From an uncultured Holophagales bacterium (GTDB lineage: Bacteria > Acidobacteriota > Thermoanaerobaculia > Multivoradales > UBA5704), in NCBI GenBank assembly GCA_963842525.1, contig CAWJGT010000006.1:1-64000 (forward strand): a stretch of DNA of 64,000 nt, given 5' to 3'. The translations under genes and the position numbers were made by a program. A model generated the notes under the pieces. It was not told the DNA's origin, made no database searches, and saw only the letters and a list, made by a program, of their open reading frames with translations. This document shows, piece by piece, positions 51,751-63,085 of this stretch. Positions within the stretch are counted from its first letter, which is position 1. Each line of letters starts with the position of its first letter.

Positions 51751-52774
51751 ATGATCGAAGCGCAGAGCCTGACCCGCCGCTATGGCGACTTCACCGCCGT
51801 CCAGGATGTCTCGTTCTCGGTCGGTGAAAGGGAGATCGTCGGCATGCTGGGGCCGAACGGGGCGGGCAAGACCACCACGATCCGCATGATCACCGGCTTC
51901 CTGCCGCCGACCGGCGGGCGGGTCACCGTCGCCGGCAAGGATCTGTTCGAGGCGCCGCAGGAGGCCCGCCGGCAGCTCGGATACCTGCCGGAGAACGTGG
52001 CCCTCTACAACGAGATGCGCGTCGAGGAGTACCTGGCCTACCGCGCCCGCCTGGAAGGCATGCCGCGCGCCGACGCCCGCGGCGCCATCGGCGAGGCGAT
52101 CGAGCGCTGCCTCCTGACCGACGTGCGCAGCCAGATCATCGGCACCCTGTCCAAGGGTTATCGCCAGCGCGTCGGCCTCGCCACCGCGATCCTCCACCGG
52201 CCCAGCGTTCTGGTGCTCGACGAGCCCACCGTCGGCCTCGATCCGAAGCAGATCATCGCCATCCGCGAGCTGATCCGCGATCTGGGCCGCGAGCGGACGC
52301 TGTTGCTGTCGACCCACATCCTCCCGGAGGTCGAGCTGCTCTGCAACCGCGTGATGATCATCGACCGCGGGCGGATCGTGGCCGAGGGCACGCCAGAAAG
52401 CCTGCGCGAGAGCTGGATGGGCAATCCCACCCTGCGGATCTGCTTCAAGGGAGATCCGGAAGGCGTTGCCGAGACGCTCACGCAGCTCCCCGGCGTCACG
52501 GGCGGGCGGCCCGGAACAGGAGAAGGGGCCTGGGTGATCGAGCACGCGCCGGGAGCCGACCCCCGTGAGGAGATCTTCCACGAGGCGGTCGCGCCGCGGC
52601 TGGGTGCTCCTCGAGATGGTCCGCGAGCGGGCGACCATGGAAGACGTCTTCGTCCGCCTGACCACGCACGATATGGCGGCTGCCGAAGGCGCCGCGGAAC
52701 CCCAGGAGCTGCCGGAGCCGTCAGCGGACACACCGCCGGAGCCGCCGGCTGAAGAAGAGGAGGTGGTGTCGTGA
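51751..52774 (+). CDS. ABC transporter ATP-binding protein (GldA-like; frameshift near 52,595)
   Basis: GPNGAGKTT, LSKGYRQRVG, LDEPTVGLDP, STHIL. Confidence 0.92.
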
Positions 52775-53502
52775 AAGCCGTCTGGGCGACGTTCCTGCGC
52801 GAGCTGCGGGCCTATTTCTTCTCGCCGCTCGCCTATGTGGTCCTGTTCTTCTTCCTGGTGGTCAACGGCGTCATCTTCGCCAACCTGATCGGCGCCCTGG
52901 CCGATCCGCGGGCGCCCGCCGAGCCGGCGCTCGGCTTCTTCTTCCGCAGCACGTGGCTGATGCTGATCCTCCTCGGGCCGGTGCTCACCATGCGCCTGGT
53001 CAGCGAGGAGCTGCGCAGCGGCTCGATCGAGGTGCTGATGACCGCCCCGGTGACCGAGGGCCAGGTGATCGCCGGCAAGTACCTGGCGGCGCTCACCTTC
53101 TTCGCCTTCCTCTGGCTGCCGACCGCCGCCTATGCCCTGCTGATCTCCCGCCACAGCGACGTGGACTGGGGCCCGATCGCCGCCGGCTATCTCGGCATCC
53201 TCGGCATCGGCGCGCTGTTCCTGGCTGCCGGCATCTTCGCCTCGGCCATGACACGCAGCCAGCTGGTGGCCGCCATGGTGACCGTGGCCCTCCTCTTCCT
53301 CCTTTTCCTGCTCGGCATGTTCGAGGAGCTGGTCACCCACGAGAACATCAAGCAGCTCCTGGGCTACATCAATCTCTGGAACCACATCGACGAATTCGCC
53401 CGCGGGATCGTCGACACCCGACGGCTGGTCTACTACCTGTCGGGAAGCCTGTTCTTCCTGTTCCTGGCGAGCCGGGCGCTCGCAGACAAGAAGTGGAGAT
53501 AG
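52771..53502 (+). CDS. ABC-2 permease (GldF-like)
   Basis: RELRAYFFSPLAYV, TMRLVSEELRSGSIEVLMTAPV, FARGIVD. Confidence 0.9.
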   Translation: MKAVWATFLRELRAYFFSPLAYVVLFFFLVVNGVIFANLIGALADPRAPAEPALGFFFRSTWLMLILLGPVLTMRLVSEELRSGSIEVLMTAPVTEGQVIAGKYLAALTFFAFLWLPTAAYALLISRHSDVDWGPIAAGYLGILGIGALFLAAGIFASAMTRSQLVAAMVTVALLFLLFLLGMFEELVTHENIKQLLGYINLWNHIDEFARGIVDTRRLVYYLSGSLFFLFLASRALADKKWR

Positions 53503-53507
53503 ACCCG

Positions 53508-54978
53508 ATGGCGAACACGAACATGAGCCGTCAGCTCGTCAAGACCGGTACGCTCTCGGCGGGCGTCCTGCTGGTCGCCGCCCTGCTCCTCATCGTCAAC
53601 TATTTCGGCTGGAAGTACCACAAGCGGTTCGACTGGACCGAGGACAGCATCTATACCCTGTCGGAGAAGAGCGAAAACGTCCTCAAGGACCTGAAGCGCG
53701 ACGTGGAGTTCGTGGTCTTCCTGCCGCCCGGCAGCAGACATGTACGAGCCGGTCCGCGAGCTCCTCTCGCACTACGACGCGGCCTCGCAGCGGGTCTCGG
53801 TGCGCTACTACGACCCCGAGCGCAACCCTGTCGAGGCCCAGCAGCTCCTGCAGAAGTACAACGTCGCGAACCCGGGCGTCGTGGTGGTGAGCGGCAGACG
53901 ACAAGCGGGTGATCGACAGCAACGACCTCGCCGAGATGGACTTTTCGGGCATGCAGATGGGGCAGGCGCCGCAGATGACCGGCTTCAAGGGGGAGCAGCT
54001 CTTCACCGGCGCCATCCTCCAGCTCTCGGAGGGGCGCAAGCCCAAGGTCCTGTTCACCACCGGCCATGGCGAGCGCTCGCTCGACGACCAGCGACATCCA
54101 TGGCCTGGCGGGCATCCAGGAGATCCTCGGGCGCGACAACTTCGAGCTGGAGGAGTGGGCCCCGCTCGGCAAGCCGGCCGTCCCGGACGGCACCGACCTG
54201 CTGGTGATCGCCGGCCCGACCGGCGGGTTCCTGCAGCCGGAGCTCGACGCCTTCGCCGCCTACCTGAACAACGGCGGACGCATGCTGGTGATGCTCGACC
54301 CCACCCTCGGGCAGACCGCGGGCGCGGGGCTGATCGCCCACCGGCCTCGAGCCCTGGCTGGCCAGCTGCGGCGTCAAGGTGGGCAACGACATCGTCGTCG
54401 ACCCGCCCAACGCCCTGCCGATCTTCAGCGCCGCAGACGTCTTCTTCTCGAAGCCAGTACGGCGACCATCCGATCACCAAGCCGCTGGCGCAGGTCGACG
54501 TGCCGGTGCTGCTCAACCTGGCCCGCTCGGTCGCAGCAGGGGAAGCCGGGGAAGGGCTCCAGGTCGCGGAGCTGCTCAAGACCTCCGGCCGAGGGTTGGG
54601 GCGAGACCAACCTCGCGCAGCTCGAGACGGTGGAGCGCGACGCCGCCGACGTGGCCGGTCCGGTCCCCATGGGCGTGGCCGTCGAGCGCGACGGCGCCGG
54701 CAAGCAAGATGCGCCTGGTCGTCTATCGGCGACTCCGACTTCGCCACCAACCAGCTCGTCCAGGCGCAACCCGGCCAACGCCGTGCTGCTCGCGAACTCC
54801 CTCAACTGGCTGGTCGAGCGCGAGGCGCTGCTCGACCATCCCGCCCAAGAAGACGGAGCAGGTGCGGCTCAACCTGACGGGTGGACAGCTCCGCACGCTC
54901 TACCTGCTGACCCTGCTGGTGCTGCCGGGCCTGGCCGTCGTGGCTGGCACCATGGTCTACGTCCGTCGCCGGAGGTGA
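53508..54978 (+). CDS. GldG-like ABC auxiliary protein, multiply frameshifted
   Basis: RFDWTEDSIYTLS, LFTTGHGE, LVIAGP, GDSDF, NSLNWL, C-terminal TM then RRRR. Confidence 0.82.
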
Positions 54979-54985
54979 TCCGTCC

Positions 54986-56461
54986 ATGAAACCGCGCACG
55001 CTTCTCATCCTGCTGGCCCTCGTCGCCGGGCTTGGCGCTTTCATCTGGTTCTACGAGCGCGAGCTGCCGTCGAGCGAGGAGCGGGCCGAAAATGCCAAGA
55101 AGGTGCTGCAGATCGAGAAGGATGATGTGCAGAAGGTGACGATCAAGGCTCCCTCGGGGGAAGTGGTCCTGGAGCGGGTGGTAGAGGCAAAGGACGGCAA
55201 GGACGAAAAGGACCAAGAGGACGAGACGGAGGAGACGGACGAGGCGGAGGAGGCGAGCGAGGAGCTTGGCGAGCCCGCGGCCGAGTGGCGGATCGTCCAG
55301 CCCTTGCAGGCGCATGCCGACGCCTTCGCGGTCGACGGCCTGCTCGACTCCCTGGTGTCGCTGGAGAAGAGCCGCACTCTCGAGGACGTGGACCCCAAGG
55401 CCACGGGACTCGACACGCCGCGCGCCACGGTCCGCCTCGACACCAAGGAGGGAGAGAAGACCCTGCAGCTCGGCGCCGCGGTCCCCACGGGCGGCCAGCT
55501 CATCGCGGCGCTCGCGGGGAGAAAGGACGCCTACGTGGTCAGCGACGCGGTCTTCTCCCAACTCGACCGCGACCCGGGCTCCTGGCGCGACAAGCAGCTC
55601 TTCCGGGCGGGCCGTGACGCCATCGCGCGGATCTCACTCGTGTCTGGCGGCCAGCGGATCGTGCTGGCGCAGGAGAAGGACCGTTTCCGGATCGAGGCGC
55701 CGTTCCGCGACCGCGCCGACCGCGACCGGATCGACGACCTCTACGCCGACCTCTCGGGGCTGGTCGTGGAGAGCTTCGTGGACGCTCCGCGCCCGCCGGC
55801 CGAGCTCGGGCTCGCGCCGCCGCAGGCGGTCGTCGAAGTGTCGTTCCGCAAGGGGGCGCCGGTGCGCATCGAGCTGGGAGGCCCTGTCGACGGCGCCGCG
55901 CCGGAGCCGCCCATGGATCCCGCAGCGCCGCCGCAGGCCGGGCTCGTCTACGGGCGCATCGGCTCCCAGGTCTTCGAGGCCCGCACCCCGCTCGCCGAGG
56001 CCGCGGCCCGGCCTCCCGCGGAGTGGCGCGCCCTGGGCGTGGCCGCTTTCGAGGTCCACGAGGTCGACGCGGCGACCGTGAAGGACGGCAAGGGCGAGCT
56101 CCGCCTGACCCGGGCCGGCACCGACTGGAAGCGCGGGGACGAGACGATCTCCTACGTCTCGGTCAGCGATCTGCTGTTCGCGGTGACCGATGCCAAGGCC
56201 GACCGGCTGCTGACTCCGCAGGAGGCGGCTGGCCTGGGAGCTTCCCTGGCCCGGCCGGTGGTCACGATCGACCTCGACGCCAAGGACGCCGGCAAGGAGA
56301 CTCTCATGCTCTACCCGCCGGTCGCCGCCGGCACCCCCGCCCGCGTCAGCGGACGCGACGTGGTGCTCCTCCTCCCGGGCGGCAAGCTCAAGGAGGTCCA
56401 GGACCGGATCGCGGACGTGCGCAAGGCGCTGACGCTCAAGGAAGAAGACCAGAAACCGTAG
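54986..56461 (+). CDS. DUF4340 domain protein
   Basis: N-terminal TM; repeated W.I..P....AD, GLD.P and WRDK motifs; usual position after GldG. Confidence 0.8.
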   Translation: MKPRTLLILLALVAGLGAFIWFYERELPSSEERAENAKKVLQIEKDDVQKVTIKAPSGEVVLERVVEAKDGKDEKDQEDETEETDEAEEASEELGEPAAEWRIVQPLQAHADAFAVDGLLDSLVSLEKSRTLEDVDPKATGLDTPRATVRLDTKEGEKTLQLGAAVPTGGQLIAALAGRKDAYVVSDAVFSQLDRDPGSWRDKQLFRAGRDAIARISLVSGGQRIVLAQEKDRFRIEAPFRDRADRDRIDDLYADLSGLVVESFVDAPRPPAELGLAPPQAVVEVSFRKGAPVRIELGGPVDGAAPEPPMDPAAPPQAGLVYGRIGSQVFEARTPLAEAAARPPAEWRALGVAAFEVHEVDAATVKDGKGELRLTRAGTDWKRGDETISYVSVSDLLFAVTDAKADRLLTPQEAAGLGASLARPVVTIDLDAKDAGKETLMLYPPVAAGTPARVSGRDVVLLLPGGKLKEVQDRIADVRKALTLKEEDQKP

Positions 56462-56572
56462 CCCTTGCCCCGGGTTGACACCCTGGGCTACCGAATGTCG
56501 CCCTCCGGGCTCGGGAGAGCCGAGGGGCGAGCGGGCGCGGCCCGGACGGCCAAGTTAACGCCTATGCCCCCT

Positions 56573-56779
56573 GGACACTTGCGAGGCCCCGCGGGAAATG
56601 TCCACGGCCCTGCGGTGAGCCTTGCCGGTCCCGCGGGACCACTGCGAGTCACCGCAGGCAACGTCCATGGTCCCGTGGTGAAACCTGCCGGTCCCGCGGA
56701 CCACTGCGAGTCACCGCAGGGAACGTCCATGGTCCCGTGGTGAAACCTGCCGGTCTCGCGGGACCACTGCGAGTCACCG
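56573..56779 (+). repeat. 63-bp tandem repeat (about 3.3 copies)
   Basis: Unit GGACCACTGCGAGTCACCGCAGGCAACGTCCATGGTCCCGTGGTGAAACCTGCCGGTCCCGCG starting at 56573 (divergent), 56636, 56698 and 56761. Confidence 0.85.
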
Positions 56780-56858
56780 GACCTGCTGTGGCCTGTGGAA
56801 GGATGGCGCCGCAGCGGAGACGCCCCACGGGGCGTCTACCGGCAGGAAGGAGAGATTG

Positions 56859-57422
56859 TTACGTGCCCTCCACTGCGGGCTGTCCTCCGAAAGAAGGCGG
56901 ATCGCTCGCCGGGAACCTCCAGTGCGCCTTGATGTAGTTCCTGAGGACCGTTGTGGCGCCGAGGTCAACGGTACCCCGTTGGACCTCCTCCTCCAGACTG
57001 CGCCACACCTTCCGCATCTGGTCGCGTGCGGGCTCGCCGCTGCCTTCCTCATCCTCCATCAGGGAGAGCTCCCTGACTGGCGCGGCGGCAAACCGCGATG
57101 GCGTCGGATGTCTGGCCCCGGCGGAGATAGAAACCGAACAGGTAGACCAAGTCCAGGTAGAAGTCCTTTATCAGCCCGTGTTCCAGATCGCCGGCAATCA
57201 CCCCTTGAAAGAGGATTTCTGCCTTTTTCGGCCGCCCCAGGTGCTCCAGAATGCGGGCCGCGGAAAACCGTCCTCTGAGTTGGATGTAGGGTTCGCGGAG
57301 TTGTTCGTACAACCCCTCAGGGCATTGAACCTGATAAGTGCCTCTTGGGGCGCACCTATTCCTATGAGGCAATCAATCTTCGTAGTCTGTGCGAACCATA
57401 CAAGCCCTGTCCCCAAGGACAA
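56859..57422 (-). pseudogene. Fragmented C-terminal part of a TPR-like helical protein
   Basis: Three overlapping short ORFs read as one helical protein (ARILEHLGRPKKAEILF, YLDLVYLFGFYLRRG, LRNYIKAHWRFP); no N-terminus. Confidence 0.4.
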
Positions 57423-57463
57423 GCCATTGCTTTGCCCGGACGAGCCCGGAAAGGGAGGTTCCT

Positions 57464-58000
57464 ATGGAATTTTTCGAAGCCCCGATCCTGGAAACCGAGC
57501 GCCTGCGGTTGAGGCCGCTCCGCAAGAGCGACATCGACGACTATGCCGCGCTGAACGCAGACCCTGAAGTGATGCGCTATGTCGGAGGGCCGTGGGACCG
57601 GGGCCGGGCCTGGCGGCACCTCGCCTTCCTGATGGGACATTGGCAGCTCGGCGGAGCCGGAATGTGGGCGGTCGAGCTCCGGGCGAACGGCGCGTTCGTG
57701 TGGGTGGTTGGTTTCGCGGAGCCGGAGGGCTGGCCGGGCTGCGAGGCAGCCTGGAAGCTGGCCCGGCGCTGGTGGGGCCACGGCTATGCCACCGAGGCCG
57801 CACGAGCGGCCCTGGGTTACGCCTTCTCCATCTGGAAGAAGGACCGCATTGTCAGCCTCATCGAGCCGGGCAACCTCGCCTCCATCCGGGTTGCCGAGCA
57901 TGGGAGAGGCTCTGCAAGGCCGCAACGGCATCCTGGGCCGCGAGCACCTCGTCTATGGGCTGGACCGGGAAACCTACGCGGCGCAGATGGCACCGTTCCC
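57464..58000 (+). CDS. RimJ/RimL-type GNAT acetyltransferase (frameshift near 57,900)
   Basis: ILETERLRLRP, DPEVMRY, WWGHGYATEAARA, GNLASIRVAE. Confidence 0.88.
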
Positions 58001-58053
58001 CCCTCTCCCGGCCGGTGGGAGGCCGATGGGAGAGGAGGGCCAGGGGGGTGAGG
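57998..58053 (-). repeat. REP-like element
   Basis: CCCCCTCTCCC...GGGAGAGG...GGGGGGTGAGG between the convergent GNAT and permease ends. Confidence 0.7.
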
Positions 58054-58055
58054 CT

Positions 58056-59630
58056 CTACAGGTGCTCGTCGCGCCCGCGCTCGTCCTCCGAACGCTGGGC
58101 CATCGAGCCGCGGGGTGAGATACCCTGCTTGGCGATCTCCAGACCCGTGTAGGTGGCCATGACGCTGTGCTTGCGCCCGTAGAGGAAGTAGATCACGAAG
58201 CCGATCGCCAGCCAGGCGAAGAGCCGCCACCAGTTGTCCGCCGGCAGCGAGAACATCAGCATCAGGCAGCAGAGGATGCCGAGGACGGGGATCACCGGGA
58301 CCCAGGGGCAGCGGAACGGGCGCTCGGCGTCGGGGTATTTCTTGCGCATGATGAGGACCGCGGCGCACACGATGACGAAGGCGAACAGGGTGCCGATGTT
58401 CGTCAGGTGGAGGAGGAAGCCGAGCGGCAGGAAGCCGGTCATGATGCAGACGAAGACCCCGATCAGGATCGTCGACCGCCAGGGCGTGCGGAACTTCGGG
58501 TGGACGTCGCCGAAGAACCCCTTGGGCACCAGGCCGTCGCGCGCCATCGCCAGGAACACCCGGGGTCCGGAGAGCATCATCACCAGGAGCACCGAGGTGA
58601 TGCCGGCCACACCGGCAATTGCGATGATCACCTCGGCGATGTCGAGCCCCTGTTGCTTGAACGCGTCGCTGACCCCCGCCGCGGTGTCGATCTGGTTGTA
58701 CTTGACCATGCCGGTGAGCACGGCGACCACGGCGATATAGAGGACCGTGCAGATGAGCAGCGAGGCGATGATGCCGATCGGCACGTCGCGTTGCGGGTTC
58801 TTCGCCTCCTCGGCGTGGGTGGAGACCGAGTCGAAGCCGATGTAGGCGAAGAAGATGATCGCCGCGCCGGCCAGCATGCCCAACGGCGTGCCGCTCGGGT
58901 CGGTCTGGCCGGCGATGTGATTGCCGAAGAAGTTGAGCCCCGTCCAGCCGTACGGCGCGAACGGTTGCCAGTTCTCCGCGTTGATGTAGAACGCGCCGAC
59001 GCCGATCACGAACAGCACGGCGGCCAATTTGACCCCGACCATCGTGGCGTTGAAGCTGGCGCTCTCGGAGATCCCCTTGACGAGGACGGCGGTGACGATG
59101 ACGACGACGATGATGGCCGGCAGGTTGATGAACGAGCCGGTGGAGACGAAATCGCCGGTCGCCGTGTCGTACCGGATGGGCGCGTCCCGCAGGGCCACCG
59201 GCAGGGTGAGCCCGGCCTTCGTCATGACGCTCTGGAAGTACCCGGACCAGCCGTTGGCGACGGTCGCGCTCCCTACGGCGTACTCCAGGACCAGGTCCCA
59301 GCCGATGATCCAGGCGAACAGCTCGCCCATCGTGGCGTACGCATAGGTGTAGGCCGAGCCGGCGACGGGCACCATCGAGGCGAACTCCGCATAGCAGAGC
59401 GCCGCGAAGATGCAGGTGATGCCGGCGACGACGTAGGAGAGCATCAGCGCCGGACCGGCGATGTTGTGGGCCGCCTCGCCGGTCGCCACGAAGATGCCCG
59501 CGCCGATGATCGCGCCGACGCCCAGCGCCGAGAGCTGGACCGGCCCGAGCACGCGCTTCAGCCGGTTCTCGCTCTTCATCTCCTCCAGGAGGAGCTCGAG
59601 CGGTTTTCTCGCGAAGAGACGATTTGCCAT
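58056..59630 (-). CDS. APC-family amino acid permease (CAT/YfnA-like)
   Basis: GAIIGAGIFV, CYAEFAS, FFAYIGFD, EEAKNPQRDVP, AMARDG. Confidence 0.95.
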   Translation of the reverse strand: MANRLFARKPLELLLEEMKSENRLKRVLGPVQLSALGVGAIIGAGIFVATGEAAHNIAGPALMLSYVVAGITCIFAALCYAEFASMVPVAGSAYTYAYATMGELFAWIIGWDLVLEYAVGSATVANGWSGYFQSVMTKAGLTLPVALRDAPIRYDTATGDFVSTGSFINLPAIIVVVIVTAVLVKGISESASFNATMVGVKLAAVLFVIGVGAFYINAENWQPFAPYGWTGLNFFGNHIAGQTDPSGTPLGMLAGAAIIFFAYIGFDSVSTHAEEAKNPQRDVPIGIIASLLICTVLYIAVVAVLTGMVKYNQIDTAAGVSDAFKQQGLDIAEVIIAIAGVAGITSVLLVMMLSGPRVFLAMARDGLVPKGFFGDVHPKFRTPWRSTILIGVFVCIMTGFLPLGFLLHLTNIGTLFAFVIVCAAVLIMRKKYPDAERPFRCPWVPVIPVLGILCCLMLMFSLPADNWWRLFAWLAIGFVIYFLYGRKHSVMATYTGLEIAKQGISPRGSMAQRSEDERGRDEHL

Positions 59631-59652
59631 GAAATTAGATCCTCCTCAGGGC

Positions 59653-61209
59653 TCAAGTAGGCGCGTCCCCCCCGGGGGAGGGGACCGCTGTCCCGGCTCG
59701 CCGCCAGAGGAAATAGACAGGAATGCCGGTCAGCACGATGAGCAGGCCCGGCCAGGTGGTGGATGTCCGATAGAACAGCAGCACGATCAGGATGGTCAGT
59801 GCGGCCAGCATGTAGAGCACCGGCACGACCGGGTACCCGAAAGCGCGGTAGGGGCGCTCCGCGTCCGGCCGTTTGCGCCGCAGCACGAAGATGCCGGCGA
59901 TCGTCAGCACGTAGAAGATCAGCACCGAGAAGACCACGTAGTCGAGCAGGTTGCCGTACAGGTTGCCGTACTGGGCCTGGCCCGTCGCCGGGTCGAGGAG
60001 CGTTGCGCCGTCCTCGCCGCGCAGACGCGTGCGGGGCAGCACCAGGAGCGCGGCCCAGGCGCACTGGAGGATCAGCCCCATGGCCGGCACGCGCCGCTCG
60101 TTGAGCTGGCCCGTCGAGCGGAAGAACAGGCCGTCCCGCGCCATGGCGTAATAGACGCGGGCGCCGGCGAGGATCAGGCCGTTGTTGCAGCCGAAGGTGG
60201 AGATCAGGATGGCCACCGCCATGATCGACGCCCCCGCCGGGCCGAAGATGACCTGCAGGGCGGCCGTCCCCACCCGGTCGTCGGGCGCCGTCTGGATCGC
60301 CTCCAGGGGCAGGACGCAGAGGTAGGCCACGTTGGCCAGAACGTAGAGCAGGATCACCAGGCCGGTGCCCAGGGCCAGCGATCGCGGGATGTTGCGCCGC
60401 GGGTCCTTGACCTCGCCGGCCGTGAAGGTGATGTTGTTCCACGCGTCCGAGGAGAAGAGCGAGCCCACCTGGGCGACGCAGAAGGCAACGAAGAGGCCGA
60501 AGGCGCCGGCCGTGGCCGCGACGGTCGGCGTGCTGGGAGGTGTCCAGAATCCCTCCCCGAAGTTGGCCGCGATCGCCTCGGCGTTCCTTCCCACCAGGAT
60601 GCCGAGCAGGATCAGGACGAACAGCGACAGGGTCTTCGCCGAGGTGAAGGTGTTCTGGATCAGCTTGCCGAGCCGGATGCCCCGGGTGTTCAGGAAGGTC
60701 AGGAAGATCAGGAGCAGGATCCCGACGAGCTGTTGGGTCGAGAGGCTGACGGCGTAGCTGTCCGACAGGTCGATGGGAGCGACGATCCATTTGGTGGGCG
60801 AGATCCAGGGGACGAGCACACCGAGGAAGCGGGCGAAAGCGACTCCGACAGCGGCGATCGTGCCGGTCTGGATCACCAGGAACAGGGTCCAGCCGTAGAG
60901 GAAGCCCCAGAGCGGCGAGTAGGCCTCCCGCAGATAGACATACTGCCCGCCGGCCTTCGGCATCATGGCGGCCAGCTCGCCGTAGGAGAGGGCGCCGGCG
61001 ATCGTCAGCAGGCCGGTCACCACCCAGACCATGAGCAGCCAGCCGCCCGAGCCCACCAGGCGGGCGATGTCGGCGGAGACGATGAAGATGCCGGACCCGA
61101 TCATCGAGCCCGCCACGATCATGGTCGAGTCGAGGAGCCCCAGCTCGCGGACGAATCCGGTCGCCGGCTCGTTGCTAGAACTCGTTCTCGCTACAACGCT
61201 TTCCGCCAT
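59653..61209 (-). CDS. APC-family amino acid permease (LAT/SteT-like)
   Basis: GSMIGSGIF, YGELAAMMPKAGGQY, AGEVKDP, RPYRAFGYP. Confidence 0.93.
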   Translation of the reverse strand: MAESVVARTSSSNEPATGFVRELGLLDSTMIVAGSMIGSGIFIVSADIARLVGSGGWLLMVWVVTGLLTIAGALSYGELAAMMPKAGGQYVYLREAYSPLWGFLYGWTLFLVIQTGTIAAVGVAFARFLGVLVPWISPTKWIVAPIDLSDSYAVSLSTQQLVGILLLIFLTFLNTRGIRLGKLIQNTFTSAKTLSLFVLILLGILVGRNAEAIAANFGEGFWTPPSTPTVAATAGAFGLFVAFCVAQVGSLFSSDAWNNITFTAGEVKDPRRNIPRSLALGTGLVILLYVLANVAYLCVLPLEAIQTAPDDRVGTAALQVIFGPAGASIMAVAILISTFGCNNGLILAGARVYYAMARDGLFFRSTGQLNERRVPAMGLILQCAWAALLVLPRTRLRGEDGATLLDPATGQAQYGNLYGNLLDYVVFSVLIFYVLTIAGIFVLRRKRPDAERPYRAFGYPVVPVLYMLAALTILIVLLFYRTSTTWPGLLIVLTGIPVYFLWRRAGTAVPSPGGDAPT

Positions 61210-61257
61210 GGCGTCTCCCAAAAAGATGCACAATCCTACAGGGGGAGCAGGGCCGTG

Positions 61258-63085
61258 TCACGTGCGCGTGGCGGGCGGACCCGGAACCCGCAGCCCGAGC
61301 TGGGCTCCCGAGACGCAGGTGTCGGTCAGCGGGCGCGGCGGGCTGATCCAGTTGCCCTGGGCGTAGTCCACCCCGAGGCCGCGCAGGTGCTCGACCACGG
61401 CGAGGCTCGGGACCCCCTCGGCCACGGTGTGCACCCCCATGACGTGCCCCACCTGGTTGATCGACTCCACCATGGCCCGGTCGAGCGGGTCGGTGACGAT
61501 GTCCCGCACGAACTTGCCGTCGATCTTCAGATAGCTCACCGGCAGGTCGCGCAGGTAGCCGTAGGAGGACATGCCGGAGCCGAAGTCGTCGAGCGCGAAG
61601 TTGACCCCCTGCGCGGAGAGGCGGGCGATCAGCTTCTGGGCCTGGGCCAGGTTCTCGATCGCCGCCGTCTCGGTGATCTCGAAGCAGAGCTTCTGCGGCG
61701 GCAGGCCCGAGCGGGCGATCTCCTCCTCCAGGAATTCGAGGAAGCCCTCGTCCCCCACCGAGGCGGCGGACAGGTTGATCGAGCAGCTCGAGAGCAGGTC
61801 GAGGAATGGGAGCGGCTGTGCCAGCAGGGTCCGGATCGACTCCCGGATCACCCAGCGGTCGATGCTGCGCATGAGGCCGTAGCGCTCGGCGGCGCGCAGG
61901 AAGTCGTTCGGCAGGTGGATGCGGCCGTCCGCCTCGATCAGGCGGAGAAGGACCTCGAAATAGAGCCCGCGGGAGGCCCGCGCCGAGAGCGGCTGGATGC
62001 TCTGCGAGAAGAGGCAGAAGCGGTCCTCTTCCAGGGTCTCCTGGATGCGCAATACCCAGTCCATCTCCCCCTGCCGGCGGATGAAGGCGGCATCGTCCTC
62101 CTGGTAGACCTGGATCTGGTTGCGCCCCTTCTCCTTGGCCACGTAGCAGGCGTGGTCGGCGGCCGAGAGGACCTGGGCGACGGACCGGAGGTCGGCGGTG
62201 ATGGGCACCAGGCCGATGCTGGCCCCGATCTGGAAGGTCCGCTCCCGCCAGGTGAAGCGGTACGCCTGCAGGGCGCGGTGGAAGGCGGTCACCCGCTCCT
62301 GCGCCTCCTCCAGGGTGCAGCGCGGCATCAGCACGGCGAACTCGTCGCCCCCCAGGCGGGCCACCAGGTCGGTGTCTCTCATGCTGTCCTGGAGGATGGA
62401 GGTGACCCGGCAGAGCATCTCGTCGCCGGCGAGGTGGCCGCAGGTGTCGTTGACCAGCTTGAACTGGTCGAGGTCCATGTAGCACAGGGCATGCGTGGAG
62501 CTGCTGCGTTCGACTCTCTTCGAGGGCGCGCTGCAGATGGCCGTCGAAGGCCTGGCGGTTGAACAGCCCGGTCAGCTCGTCGTGGGTGGCCTGGTGGGCG
62601 AGCTGGAGCGCCATCAGCCGCTTGTCGCTCACGTCCTGGAAGACGAGGACCGTGCCGACGATCCGCCCGTCGCGATGGCGGATGGGGGCGCAGGTGCTCT
62701 CGATGGCGTAGCGCCGGCCGTCGCGGCGCTCGAGGGTGATGCGTTCGGTCAGGCGGATGCTGCGCCCGTCCTCCAGGCAGCGGCGCACCAGGGCCGCGGC
62801 ATCCTGTCCGCCGGGGCTCTCGTCGATCAGGTGGAAGACCTCGGTCAGCGGGCGTCCCAGGGTCTCGGAGCGCTCCCAGCCGGTGAGGTTCTCGGCCGCC
62901 GCGTTCAGATACTTGATCCGGCCCGCGTCGTCGGTCGCCAGCACGCCGTCGCCGATCGAGGCCAGGGTGACCTGGGCGAGCTCCTTCTCCGAGAACAGCT
63001 CGGTCATCTTCTCCTCGTAGGCCCGGGTGGTCTGCGCCAGCAGGTTGCGCAGGATCGCGTTGTCGAGCTCGAGCGGGCTCTTCAC
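61258..63085 (-). CDS. PAS-GGDEF-EAL protein (frameshift near 62,500)
   Basis: SIGDGV PAS, HDELTGL, DLDQFK, RLGGDEF, FEVLLRL, FEITET, LDDFGSG, AEGV. Confidence 0.93.

Noticed and set aside
56573-56779. CRISPR array
   Set aside because: Contiguous tandem units with no unique spacers.
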